From Anthoceros angustus (lineage: Eukaryota > Plantae > Anthocerotophyta): a stretch of DNA of 64,000 nucleotides. How positions within the stretch are numbered: the stretch's first letter is position 1; each line of letters starts with the position of its first letter. Below, in pieces: positions 37,151-49,400 of this stretch. Made by a program: the position numbers and the translations under genes. The DNA lies in assembly GCA_010909165.1 (NCBI GenBank), contig MU008171.1:496001-560000 (forward strand), written 5' to 3'. The notes below the pieces were generated by a model. The model was not told the DNA's origin, ran no database searches, and was given only the letters and a program-made list of their open reading frames with translations.

Positions 37151-37512
37151 TACATTGAAATGTAAAAAGAAATAGAATAGACGTTATTAATAGATGAGAT
37201 GGGAAATCCCATCTACCCTTGAAGTCTGAGGAGGAACAACCCAAAAAGGGCTAATGGTACAAAGGGAAGTCCTAGTCCCCTCGAATGCCTTTCCCGTAAC
37301 TACCTACTGCATCAATGATATCGTGATGAGGGATGATGAAGGGCCTACCTACCACCGGTCTTTGAAGAAACCGCTTAGTCCTGCTGCGTGGCCGTCCTAT
37401 AACGCTAGCCAACGCTTTTGCGCTATAAACCGGGAAAGAAAGCCACCACAGAGGAAAGGGGGAGGCCTGTCGCACCACAGCCGCATAGCAGGCATGGACG
37501 CACATGTTATGC
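37151..37512 (-). mobile_element. 5'-truncated 3' fragment of CRE-like element
   Basis: Identical 18-nt 3' hairpin (37197-37214) to the 11071 copy, preceded by GGGTTGT.CC. The degenerate C-terminal coding relic ends in ..PVVGRPF. Confidence 0.65.
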
Positions 37513-38197
37513 CGTAAAAAAGTTTCAATCACTTCCTACCGGACTCCATGATCCACATCCTTAACTACATGAGTTGTCACTACATCCATATCACAACGCT
37601 TGCAAATGGCAAAAATCCACTCTATTTGGAATGGTTCTCCTCCTATGCACACACCACAGCTGAATCACACACAAGATACACGAAAACGCTTGGGATCTGT
37701 ATGGCTATTCTCTTGAATCAGACATCAACAATCCGCTCCCAATGACGGATTGTTGGATTTTGTAGCCTACACCATCGCCGATCTTAATCACCGGGCCGAA
37801 TTCCGAAGAGCCGTGAAACGCGCACTGCAGGAAGATCTTCGCCGAGCCTTAATTACGCTTGTCCGTATTATGATCGTATGGCTCATGTAGCCATGATGCC
37901 ATCCTATCTCTACACTCATGCCATGCATCATGCCATCACATTCACACTCGCATGCAGTCATGGTTCATGCACCACCTATCCCCACGCACTTATCTTTGGA
38001 CACACACACGTTATCACACCGGACCCTACCCTTTCCCTACCTCTATATGCCATGATTTGTCGCGCATACGGTACTTATAGCGAGCATGGGCGCCTTTTTT
38101 GCGTAAAAGTTTCAACCACTTCCTACCGGACTCCGTGATCCACACCCTTAACTACATGAGTTGTCACTACATCTATATCACAATGCTTGCAAATGGC
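37513..38197. repeat. Pair of about 97-bp direct repeats (37513-37610 and 38102-38197) flanking about 490 bp
   Basis: CGTAAAAGTTTCAA.CACTTCCTACCGGACTCC...TGCAAATGGC occurs twice with few substitutions. Confidence 0.85.
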
Positions 38198-38260
38198 CCC
38201 CCTGCCAAAGTTGGGCTGCTCGAAAGAACTGGTTACGTTGTGTAGGCACCACTTTGGCAC

Positions 38261-39127
38261 TTATATGCCGTAGAATCGTCGATAAAACCTCCGGAACATG
38301 CTGTCTCTGAGCTGTGGTTCAGAAGGTTTGTCATGCTCCATTCTTCCTGTGGCTAACAACGCGGCCACACGCCGATCTTCTGGGTCAAAATACTCATCCA
38401 CCTGCGCTTTGCCCAACCGTGCGCGCTCCTTTGCTCGATGTCGGGCCATGAGTTCCTCTTCTTCATCACTGTCCACTTCAGTCTTCACTCTAGGCAGCTG
38501 CAGACCGTTCAAACCATTCACATAATACTGTTTTTCGATGCACTGAGCCCTAAGAAAATCCCCCACATTGTCATTGAGCACATACCAAGACTCCAAAGTG
38601 GCCTCATCCCATTCCAACACTCCTGTGCGTAGGCAAGCAAACACCCTATAAAAAGCTCGTGGATAACCAATGGCAAAACGCCCCGCTTTCTCTCTATGCA
38701 AATGACTTAGCCACACTTTCAGACTTCGCAAGTCAGCTGGCTTCTCCTTGTGTCTATACATCAGGAACCCTTCTTTGGGCCAATGATCAAACACCTGATG
38801 CATAAACAGATGATGTTCCAATTTTCTAATGCCCCTCACATTAGCTAAGTCCATACGAGCTTTGCTGTTCATGCCCCACCGCACTCAAAAGATCCAGATG
38901 ATCATAAGGAAAACTTTCAATGTTGCAGGTCTCATGATGTGATTCTACATACAGCAAAAATGCTTGTAACTCCAGAAATGTCTCGGTCGTTCGAGCTTGC
39001 CGGGCTGATATTTCCTTACCAAAGGCGTCTTCCATTTGTCTTCCCATGGTCTGTCTGAAAACTGTGGAACACTAGTGCTCATCCGGCGAAAACACGACTT
39101 GCAAGTGTGGTCCGCTTCCATATCCAT
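38261..39127 (-). other. Orphan ORF (207 aa open at 38884-38261) with a frameshifted Cys/His-rich upstream extension; function unknown, possibly TE accessory gene
   Basis: Non-repetitive, protein-like composition. No family recognised. Confidence 0.4.
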
Positions 39128-39699
39128 GTTAGCAATCTATGTTAAGCCCGCTGTGAATCCCCTCACTTGATACTCTCACAATTGGAGGACGGGTACCTTC
39201 AGTGTTGGTCGAACAACCAAATGAACTGATTTGATTTCGGGAGATGACCTGTGTTCGTTGCTGACTTCGCCAGGTGTAAACGATCTGGATTTGGAAACTC
39301 CTTGTTGAAAGGTGTCTTGGGGTGATTTTTTTTGTTTTTTTGTTAGGAATGGTGTTAAAATAAGTCAGGCTGACAGTAGGAGAGGGCATTTATGCTAAAA
39401 AGTGTCCTTGGCTTATGGGGGTTTTTTGTTGTTTTTTAGGTTAGATAATAAATGGTCTTGAATTCGATGTTCCTTGGCCTTTGGTCTTGGGATATCCAAT
39501 AGAAAGTCTATATATGTGAGAGGGGTCCTCATATTTGGTAGAGGTTGCTAAGTCCATAGGTTGAGGTCGATGACGGTGGTAGTCGAATAAGTGCGAGGTT
39601 GCGGGAAATGGGTGGTGGCGATGTTAGAGCGGTCGTGGGGAATGAGTGATCGTCGAAGGAGAAGTAGTCGTGGAAGCTGATCAGCGGTAGGGGAGTCAG

Positions 39700-42600
39700 G
39701 GCATGTAACCCTAAGGAGACGGAAAATGGCGAAGCAAGTTCAAGCGGTGGGGCACTTGTTGGGCGAGCGTCAAAGGCTGCGCTGGAAGAGTACCGCGATC
39801 CCTGGAGGCGAGAGGCGCAATCGCGAGGAGGGACCGAACCCTCGCCAGTGAGGCGCGAGCATGCAGTCTTGAAGGAGGGCAGCTCTCTTGGCGCGGATTC
39901 TTGAGGAGGTAGGAACCTGGAGGCCCGGCCCGCCCGATTTGAGGCGAGACATCACCGATTCGAGGCGAGGCAAGGGAGGTTCTTTGAGACATGGCACCCA
40001 AGGCCATGAGCCGAATTGTGATCAATGGCCAAACATGGACCATTGGAAGGTCCATGGGGAATTGGTAAAGGAGTTGGGGCTTGGCTTCATGGAGAAGCGG
40101 TGGAATTATGCGAACTTGGGACTAGTGAGTCGCTCGCCATCGAAGGACAAGCCGGTGGCGGTAGAGCGAAGCCGGATTGGGACACAGGAATTGGTCGAGA
40201 AAGTGCATGAGCGTGAGGAGGAGGCGGTGGTTTGGTAATCGAGCCTTCTCGGAAGAGGGGAGCACAGTGCCTTGGTCAAGGCAGGCGTGATTCGGGAGCC
40301 CAATGGCTGGTTGACCGAGGAATGGTATCGGCCACGGTGATGGAGTGCAGCGAGATGGCTCCTCTGTTTTCTCTGACACAAGCGGGACTATTTGTCGACC
40401 ATTTCTTTGTTTCTCCATGAAGTTGTCAAGGCGAGGATCGATTGAGGCGAATTCTCTTTGACAGTGTGAAGAGGTTGAATTTGATCTCCTCTTCCCTCGT
40501 CCTTCTCTAATTACGCCATTTTGGTTCATCTCATCATGCGCTTAGCTAAGGAGATAGAATTGTGGCCTCCTTCACATGTGGAAGCCGGTGAGGAGGTGAA
40601 GTGGAAAGCGGATGAGCCTAAGGAGGAAATAGAGGAGGAATCGGCACCGGGAGTCAGTGGCGGCAGGCGATTCGAGAAGAAGAAGGAAATTCCACCAAGA
40701 AGAGAAAGCCGGGAGGCAAAGAGGCTCAACAAAGAAGGCGAAGGAGGCGGCACGGGTCAAAAGCATGGCAGAGAAAAGGAGAAAATGAGGGCCAAACGCA
40801 GTTGATTCGTGGAGGAGGAGGCGCGATCCGAGGAAGAGAATTTTGCCGACTGACGGATGACGAACCGGAAGAAGGAAATTCCACCATCAAGAAGAAAGGC
40901 CGGGAGGCGAGGCTCAACAAAGAAGGCGAAGGAGGCGGTGAGGCGTCACGGGTCAAAGCGGGCCATGTGCGGAAAGCCGAAAATGAGGGCCAAGCGGCGA
41001 TTGATTCGGCGGAGGAGGCGCGATCCGAGGAAGAGAATTTCTTGACACGGATGCGGATGACGAGGCCCGGAAGGATTAGGTTGACCTTAGCGGACCCTCC
41101 TCGGGATGGGAAGAGGTTTTCGTGGAACCCATTGCAGAGGTCGACGCGGAATTGGTTGAGTGCGCACCCTACCGGGAAGGAAGGTGCTTGACAAGGGAAT
41201 GGCGTCGGAGCGGGGCCTCCTCAACAGTGGATTTGGCAGGAGCTAACCACATCTATGATCCGGGCCCGGTCAGTTGTTGGACCAAGGCTGCGTTGGCCCT
41301 CACATGGCTCGCAAGGGGCGAGGGAAGCGGTGGAATTATGCGAACTTGGGACTTGGGAGTGCGCTCGCCATCGAAGGACAAACGGTGAGGAATTAAGCGA
41401 AGCCCGAGATTGGGACACAGGAATTGGTCGAGAAAGTGCATGAGCGTATAGGAGGCGGTGGTTTGGTAATCGAGCCTTCTCGGAAGAGGGAAGCACAGTG
41501 CCTTGGTCAAGGCAGGCGTGATTCGGGAGCCCAATGGCTGGTTGACCGAGGAATGGTATCGGCCACGGTGATGGAGTGCAGCGAGATGGCTCCTCTGTTT
41601 TCTCTGACACAAGCGGGACTATTTGTCGACCATTTTCTTTGTTTCTCCATGAAGTTGTCAAGGCGAGGATCGATTGAGGCGAATTCTCTTTGACAGTGTG
41701 AAGAGGTTGAATTGATCTCCTCTTCCCTCGTCCCTCTAATTACGCCATTTTGGTTCATCTCATCATGCGCTTAGCTAAGGAGATAGAATTGTGGCCTCCT
41801 TCACATGTGGAAGCCGTGAGGAGGTGAAGTGGAAAGCGGATGAGCCTAAGGAGGAAATAGAGGAGGAATCGGCACCGGGAGTCAGTGGCGGCAGGCGTTC
41901 GAGAAGAAGAAGGAAATTCCACCAAGAAGAGAAAGCCGGGAGGCAAAGAGGCTCAACAAAGAAGGCGAGGAGGCGGCACGGGTCAAAAGCATGGCAGAGA
42001 AAAGGAGAAATGAGGGCCAAACGCAGTTGATTCGTGGAGGAGGAGGCGCGATCCGAGGAAGAGAATTTTGCCGACTGACGGATGACGAACCGGAAGAAGG
42101 AAATTGCCACCAGCAAGAAGAAAGGCCGGGCGGCGAGGCTCAACGAAGAAGGCGAAGGTGAGGCGTCACGGGTCAAAGCGGGCCATGTGCGGAAAGCCGA
42201 AAATGAGGCCAAGCGGCGATTGATTCGGCGGAGGCGCGTCAGGAAGAGAATTTCTTGACACGGATGCGGATGACGAGGCCCGGAAGGATTAGGTTGACCT
42301 TAGCGGACCCTCCTGGGATGGGAAGAGGTTTTCGTGGAACCCATTGCAGAGGTCGACGCGGAATTGGTTAGAGTGCGCACCCTACTGGGAAGGAAGGTGC
42401 TTGACAAGGGAATGGCGTCCGGAGCGGGGCCTCCTCAACAGGTGGATTTGCAGGAGCTAACCACATCTATGATCCGGGCCCAGTCAGATTTGTTGGACCA
42501 AGCTGCGTTGGCCCTCACATGGCTCAGCGTGCAAGGGCGGCGAGAGGAAGTGGTGAAGGCCCGATTTGAGGAGGAGGAGGCTAAGCAAAAGCAGCTGGAG

Positions 42601-44300
42601 GAGGATAAGCGGACCTTGGAGGAGATGAAGGTAAAAATTCAGGAGGATTTGCGCAGGGCCCAAGAGGAGTTGCAGTCCATGACGAGTCAGCAGGAAGCGC
42701 TCAAGGCCCAGATCAAGGATGCCCACGAGGCAAATCAAGAAATGCAGGGGGAATTGTTGCGAGCCCAAGAACAAGAGGCAGCCTCTGTGGAGAAGGCCCA
42801 TAAGTTGGCGGACCGGTACAAGCGAGAGCGGTATGAGGCACGTGGTTGAGCCAGGAAGGAGAAGGGGAAAGGGAAGCGAAGCAGCATGTCCACGACTGGG
42901 GTAGTGGAAGGGACTACCGAAGGAAAGGAAGGAGCAACCGAGGTAGCCGAAACACCTACCAGAGTCGCCGAACAGACGACGGTCGTGGAGTCCACTACCG
43001 CAGTAGCGGAGACGGCTACCGACATTGGGGAGCCCAACTCGGAAGCGGCCATGAGCGGCGCAACTCGGCGCAACGTAACATCTCGCGAGGGCATGGATCA
43101 AGCAACCAGGGGTAGCCCACGGGAGGAGGGGGTAAGCACCTCGCTCATAGGGGTCCTATTATGTTGCGGCACATGGATGAGGAAACTTATGTTCTGGTCT
43201 ATATGTGAATGGGGAACGCGTTTAACCTTGTCCATGTGCGTGGAAATAGGAGGATCGTGCCTATCTTCTACAAGTGAGGACCCAAGTGGATACTTCTTCC
43301 ACCGCGCCTGAGTGTGGGGATTGGCCCCTATTATGCGGAGGCGATTTTGGAGGAGGCGGCGGAAGAAGAAGTCCAGCATGGGTGGACAAAGAGCTGTAAT
43401 AATCCTCGGCCAAAGGCGGCGAGAGGAAGTGGTGAAGGCCCGATTTGAGGAGGAGGCTAAGCAGCGGTGGAGGAGGATAAGCGGACCTTGGAGGAGATGA
43501 AGGTAAAAATTCGGGAGGATTTGCGGGGCCCAAGAGGAGTTGCAGGTCCATGGCAGTGTTGAGGCGCTCAGGCCCGGATCAAGGATGCCGACGAGGCAAA
43601 TCAAGAAATGCAGGGGGAATTGTTGCGAGCCCAAGAACAAGAGGCAACCTCTGTGGAGAAGGCCCATAAGTTGGCGGACCAGTACAAACGAGAGCGGGAT
43701 GAGGCACGTGGCCGAGCCAAGAAGGAGAAGGGGAAAGGGAAGCGAAGCAGCAGGTCCACGACTAGGGTAGTGGAAGGGACTACCGAAGGGAAGGAAGGAG
43801 CAACCGAGGTGGCCAACACCTACGAGTCGGAGCAGTCGTGGAGTCCACTTCATGATGGAGGCAGCTACCGACATTGGGGAGCCCAACTCGGGCGGCCATG
43901 GCGGCGCAGCTCGGGCGTAACATCTCGCGAGGGCATGGATCAGCAACGAGGGTAGCCCACGGAGGAGGTAAGCACCTCGGCTACGAGTCCTATTATGTTG
44001 CAGCATGGATGAGGAAACTTATGTTCTGGTCTATATGTGAATGGGCAGCGTGCTTAACCTCCTTTGTCCATGCGTGTGGAAATAGGAGGGATCGGGGCCT
44101 ATCTTCTACAAGTGAGGACCCGAGTGGATACTTCTTCCACCTGCGCAGTGTGATTGGCCCCTATTATGCGGAGGCGATTTTGGAGGAGCGGAAGAAGAAG
44201 TCAGGCATGGGTGGACAAAGGCACGTAATAATCCTCGGCCAAAGGCGGCGGTGGAGTGGAGCTCAGGCGGGAGATACCCCGATTAGGGCGTCCACAGTAT
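39700..44300 (+). mobile_element. Decayed retroelement-like unit encoding E/K/R-rich and coiled-coil ORF pieces, with two internal tandem duplications
   Basis: Coiled-coil ORF 42334-42849. Duplications at about 40095-41324/41325-42535 and 42536-43413/43414-44250. No RT, RNase H or integrase motifs seen. Resembles accessory ORFs of Ty3/Gypsy Tat/Athila-type elements (inference). Confidence 0.5.
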
Positions 44301-46429
44301 AGTGAGGTGGAGGTCTTGTGGGAGGACCTGTTAGATTAGCGGCAAGGCAGGAGGGCTCGAGGCGATGGCAGCGGAGGACGAAGGGTCAGGCGACCAAGTC
44401 GGAGAAGGCGTAGATAGCGTAGGCAAATAGGTGATAGCATCCTAGGAATGGAATTTGGTTGGGGATGCCACACTGGACCTAAGATCGCTCGTAATTGTAG
44501 GTGCGTCTCTTCGCGATAGGCTTTTTAGGACCGAAAATCAGGACGCTATGGCGTGATGTACAAAGGGAGTGCACAACAGATAATTTCCGGTTGAGATCCC
44601 CACACTGTGGCGGTTGGAGACGTCAGATTAGGCGAGGCGCGAGGCAGCTCACAGGGGTGGTCGAGAGCTTGCAACCGAGGGAGGAGGAGCAAACCAGTGA
44701 CAAAGGAGGAGGAAATCGGGGGGATTGGCGGGGCGCATGGAGCTTGCCTGCACGCCCTCTTGTGGCGCTCGGGGTTCTTCTTTTCTACACCTTTGATCCA
44801 CGATGGTTGTGTTAAAACCATAAGAGTGTTGAGTGGATGGTTGGAAGCTTGTGTGCATCGAGAAAGAGGAGAGAAGAGAGAGATCGGTGAAGGGAGATCG
44901 AGCACTGTATGCGATGCGAGGTGTAAGATCGAAAGTGGAGTGAGGAGGAGAACGAATTGTGAAAGTTGACGGTGGGAAATTGATGTGAGTAGATTGTGAA
45001 ACTCAAACCGGTGCTGGCAGTGGAAAGTGCGCAAGGGAAACAGTGTTCCTGTTGGAAATCGTGTGGCGTGGCGCCATTTTTGTGTGTGGGTGTGTGTGTG
45101 GAGCGGGTGTGAGGTGTCCTAGTGTGGAGCAGCATAAAGTTTGGGCCTTGGTCCAAAGAGCAGGAGGACAAACAAGTTTGATTTTTTTTTTGCTAGAAGC
45201 GATTGAAGGAGCATGCAAATTTTACGAGAACCTTGAAGTACAGTTGTAGGATATTGTTAGGAAGTCGAGAGGATATCCGGGGAAAGAAGGGTCAAAATGA
45301 CCCCAGACGAAGGCGGTTGGCAGTGGTGGCGGACTGGCAAGTGAAATGCCACACTCGCCCGTGGGCGAGAAAGGCGGACTACGGCGGTGGTGACAAAATC
45401 TCGATCGAGAAGAAAATTAGAATAGGGGGATATCCACTATATATCCAATAGGGAATAAATATGTATAATTAGCGATTAATTAGGGATAGCAGGCGGGGAT
45501 AAGAAAATGGCGGTTTAGATAGGATTAGGATTTTGAAATGATAGACCAAATCTAGGGTTATGTGCAGCCTCGGTGGCGATCAAAAGAAGGCAAAGTGTAG
45601 TTTGGGGCGACAACTTCCTCTTGATTTGGCGCCCTAAGGCGGGGCTGGAGGCTGGAGGCGTAAGGGAAGCCTTGAGAAGAAAGGAAGGCGCCATTGTCGT
45701 CGTCACTGCGACTTGCGAGCAAGAGGAGGCGGTAGCGCAGCGGAGAAATCCTAAGCGAAGGAAGGGAGGCGGACTCGGCTCCGAGAACACCAAAGGTGTT
45801 TTGGACCACAATGGCTATGAAGGAAGCGCTTGAGTGTTGGAATCTGTCAAGGGCGGGAGCCACGGAGTTGAGGTGCCTAGCGCGGTGTGAGATTGAAGAG
45901 ATTGAAGGCGCAGGGTGGAGCAAATTGTGAACGGAGAAAAGAGGAATCGCGCTCACCTGCTGGCGGCGCCTTGCCCTGGAAGGAGAAATTGCAAGGAAAA
46001 TTGGCAGCAGCTGGAGGGCTCAAGCCAGGGCTAACGTGTACTTGTGCCTCAGGTTGTATGCTGTTGCCAGGAAGGGGAGTGTTTGGGAGTGAAGCTTTGG
46101 AGCCCTCAACGCCGGGAATTGGGGGAGTAATTCTCTTCCTTAGAAGCGTTTGGAGAGTGAAAAGGCGCCATGCCTCGGGCTGGGTGTGGCGCAACTTTCG
46201 CTGAAGGCCAGCCGGGCGTGCACGGTCCCGTGTCGTTGTAGTAAGGGGTTCGTTCCACAGGGAATGGACTCGTAACACAGGCTCTACAACCTATCGCTTT
46301 GACGGACTTCATCATGTTGGGTCGGCGGCTCCACAACCTAAGTGTGTGGCCCTCCACAACCCCTCGGACAGAGGCGCAGCCACGGACCTTCCATAACCCC
46401 CCGAGGTTCCTCAGTACCACGGAGCAGGT

Positions 46430-49400
46430 TTAGCGGCCGTTCCTCGGTCGGTCTCGTACTCTAAGCGGCCCGGCGCTCCTCCAACTCTGTCAACTCCACC
46501 TCAACACACCACGTAACCGACCCTCCTCCTTATCCATTCCCATTGTAGTCACAACACCAACACGCCGATGTATTCACACGGGCCGCCTTTGCCCATTCCG
46601 CTGCTTCACGTCCTGCGGGTAACCCTGCAACCCCTGACCTCCGTTCAGGCCTCCAAGGATGGCTTCCATGACAGGTCACCCCAAGCGCCTCCCTAATCCC
46701 TCCGGCTGCTTCACGTTACCAGTGGCTCCCAGTGTGGGCGGTTTGCCTCGGTCACCGGAGCTCGCCTCGGTGGCCACACTTATCCCAGTCGTTGAATCGA
46801 GGTTCGATCCCAGAGATTTGGTTCGGATTGTTTGCAGTCGTTCTCACTCTCTCACTCTCATCGTTCCGGTCTACTTGTCCTCGGTGTGGGCAACAAGCGG
46901 TGTTATGCGTTTACGGGTTACTCGGCCCAGCCGCTCCACGCCTTCGAGGATTCCCCTCCACCCCAACACTCTCCTATGCCAACTACAGCGTCAACTCATC
47001 TACAACCACATACCTCACCATTCTCAAAAGAAACAAGCTGACCACCACATACAAACTCACTTCATTCGATCCCCAAATCTAACTCTACCATAGCGTTCGC
47101 GGTTCGCGCCTCCTTGCCTGGCGCACAGGGTGACGGCTAGGGGTATTTCTCTCGGGCGATTGCGTGTACGAACACGGCGTGGTCGGCGCCGATCCTGCGA
47201 GGCCAACCAACACAAGCACAACCAGCAATCTTTCACGAGAGGAGGAGCTGCGTTGGCGAACCCACGCGAGGGGCCTCGGCCACCCTTCGCCTTCGTCGCT
47301 TGGCGGGCGGCGGTCAGCACACACACAAAGGGATGCGAGAGGCGAAGATGCATGACAAAGCAAGGTCGGTGTTTATTCATTCTTCCACCCTCCCTTTTAT
47401 AGGTGGGGAGTCGGTCACTCGTGCTAGTTTAATGCTAGGGCGACTTGCCAAGTCCAACAATAGGACTCTTATCGGCCCCTTGATTCATCCTCTCTCGATC
47501 CGGCTCACCTTGACGGAATATCCTATCTGTCTATCTGCGCCACTCTTAAATACTCACACTTCCCAAGGTGTGCACCACTTGGGACAAAACGTCCTCTTGA
47601 AAAGGTCCTCGACATCCTCGTTCTTTTTTGCCCTCGCGGCTTCAATGTCTTCCCCTTGATGGGTCGCTTAGCCTTGCCTCCTCGAGTCTTCTCGGGACTA
47701 TGCACAGTAGCCTCACCTCGGCCCCTCGGTGGTAGGTCTTCCACAGTAGGAGGTTCCATTCCTCCTACCGTTCATCTCGATGGGTTCCTCCCCTCATCTT
47801 CGTCTTCTTGGTAGGCGGTTCGTCTCCTACCAGTTTGGATCTTGCTGGGGTTCCTTCCCTCACGGCTGGTTTACCCGTACCCTTCCCGGGGCCTCCTCCT
47901 CCTCTTCAGCAGTTCCTACAGTAGGAACTTTGGTAAATACCATCCTACCATCAATCTCTTCCTCCCGGCAGTAGCTCCCGTCTCGGGAGGTTCTTGGCGT
48001 CGCCGTGGGTGCTTCTTGACTTGCTTGCTCGGCTATGTCTACGGCTGCCTTTCCTTGTACCAACTCAAAGTTTGACCTCCGGTGCCATTCCACTTGTGTC
48101 GAGCGGTGAGTCTGTTTCTTCGTCTTCCTCCTTTGTAGCGTTCCTCAATCGCTTCTAGGAGGTTGTTGTAATGGTCGCCACCCTACCACTCTCCTTCTTT
48201 TGTCGTCCATGATGCGGACCCTTAGTGGGATGGCCTTTTCGTCCCACGGCACGATTTGTCACTCCTACCAATGCGGCCTCTTTCTCCTACCGCTCCTCCA
48301 ACTCGGCAAGCCTCCCAATCTCCTTATCTTTCTCCATGGCTTCCATCGCCATGCGTTTCACTATATGCGCGTCGCCCTCTCCTCGAATGACACGAAGACC
48401 CTCCAAAGATCGTTGGGCCATCAAAACTTCCTTCGGTTCCTTGCCTCTCTCATAGGCGTGGGTAAGGTCGTCGGCCTTCTTCGTTCTTTGCTCCAAAAGT
48501 TCTCGTGTCTGAGCTCCTCTTTGTGACCCTTGGTCACATTGTCCCATCCTTGTCGTTCTTTCTCCAAGCTGTCGTATTTTCCCTTGTAATGCTCCTTCCG
48601 TTGCTCCATGGCAACTAACTTCTTTCGTAGGAGGTCCTTCTCGTCTTCAAGGTCCCGCTGGGCCTTGCTAGCTGCAGATGCTGCCTCCTCCTTGCTGCGT
48701 TCGATGCCTCCTACCCTTGCTAAGGTAGCTTCCAACTTTTCTTCAGCCTCCTTCCTGGCAGTTTCCAACTCTTCAGCCCTCTTGGCTGATTTTGCCTCTC
48801 CTAAGACACAGTCAATCATTTCCCACATTCACCAACTTGGTGGTCATCTGTCGCTCTTTGGCGGATCTAGCAGTGTTGTTGCTTCTCGGAGGTGGTTTTG
48901 AGCTCCTCTCAATTTCTTCTCGGCATCCTCCGGCTCCTTCGTAGGTCTCGAAGTTCGGCACGAACTTGCCACCTCTGACCACACGGTCCACTAGGGCGTC
49001 CATAGATCCTGCGCCCACTTCCTTGACTCGGCAACTACCCTGTGGATGCGGCATTCTCGAACACTTCCTCACTCCTCCGTTGGTGCGTAGGTCACCAGCG
49101 TTCCTCGGCGTTCTTCCTCACTGCCATCGCTAACAGTCACTACTACTTCTTGGTAGGTAAAGCTCCTACCGTAGGTCCTCGTCCTCCACAGGTCCTCTGT
49201 AGGGGGTTCACTCCCCCTGGTGTTGTCGGTTTACCAATCCTCAACCCTCGGTAGGTGGTCTCGTATCCTTTCCTCCTTCCTCGTGGGAGTGCTTATGGCC
49301 TTTCCCTTTCTCTTGTTGGGTTCACGATCACGAGGCCTCATGTTGGTTCGGGGTGGTGGCGGTCTCTTGGGGGCCTCATCTGTCTCTTCATCCTCAGGGC

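Noticed and set aside
44500-46420. Several 70-160 aa ORFs on both strands
   Set aside because: Low-complexity GA/CT-rich TE leader-like DNA. Overlapping ORFs in all frames are expected at this GC content, and no domain was recognised.
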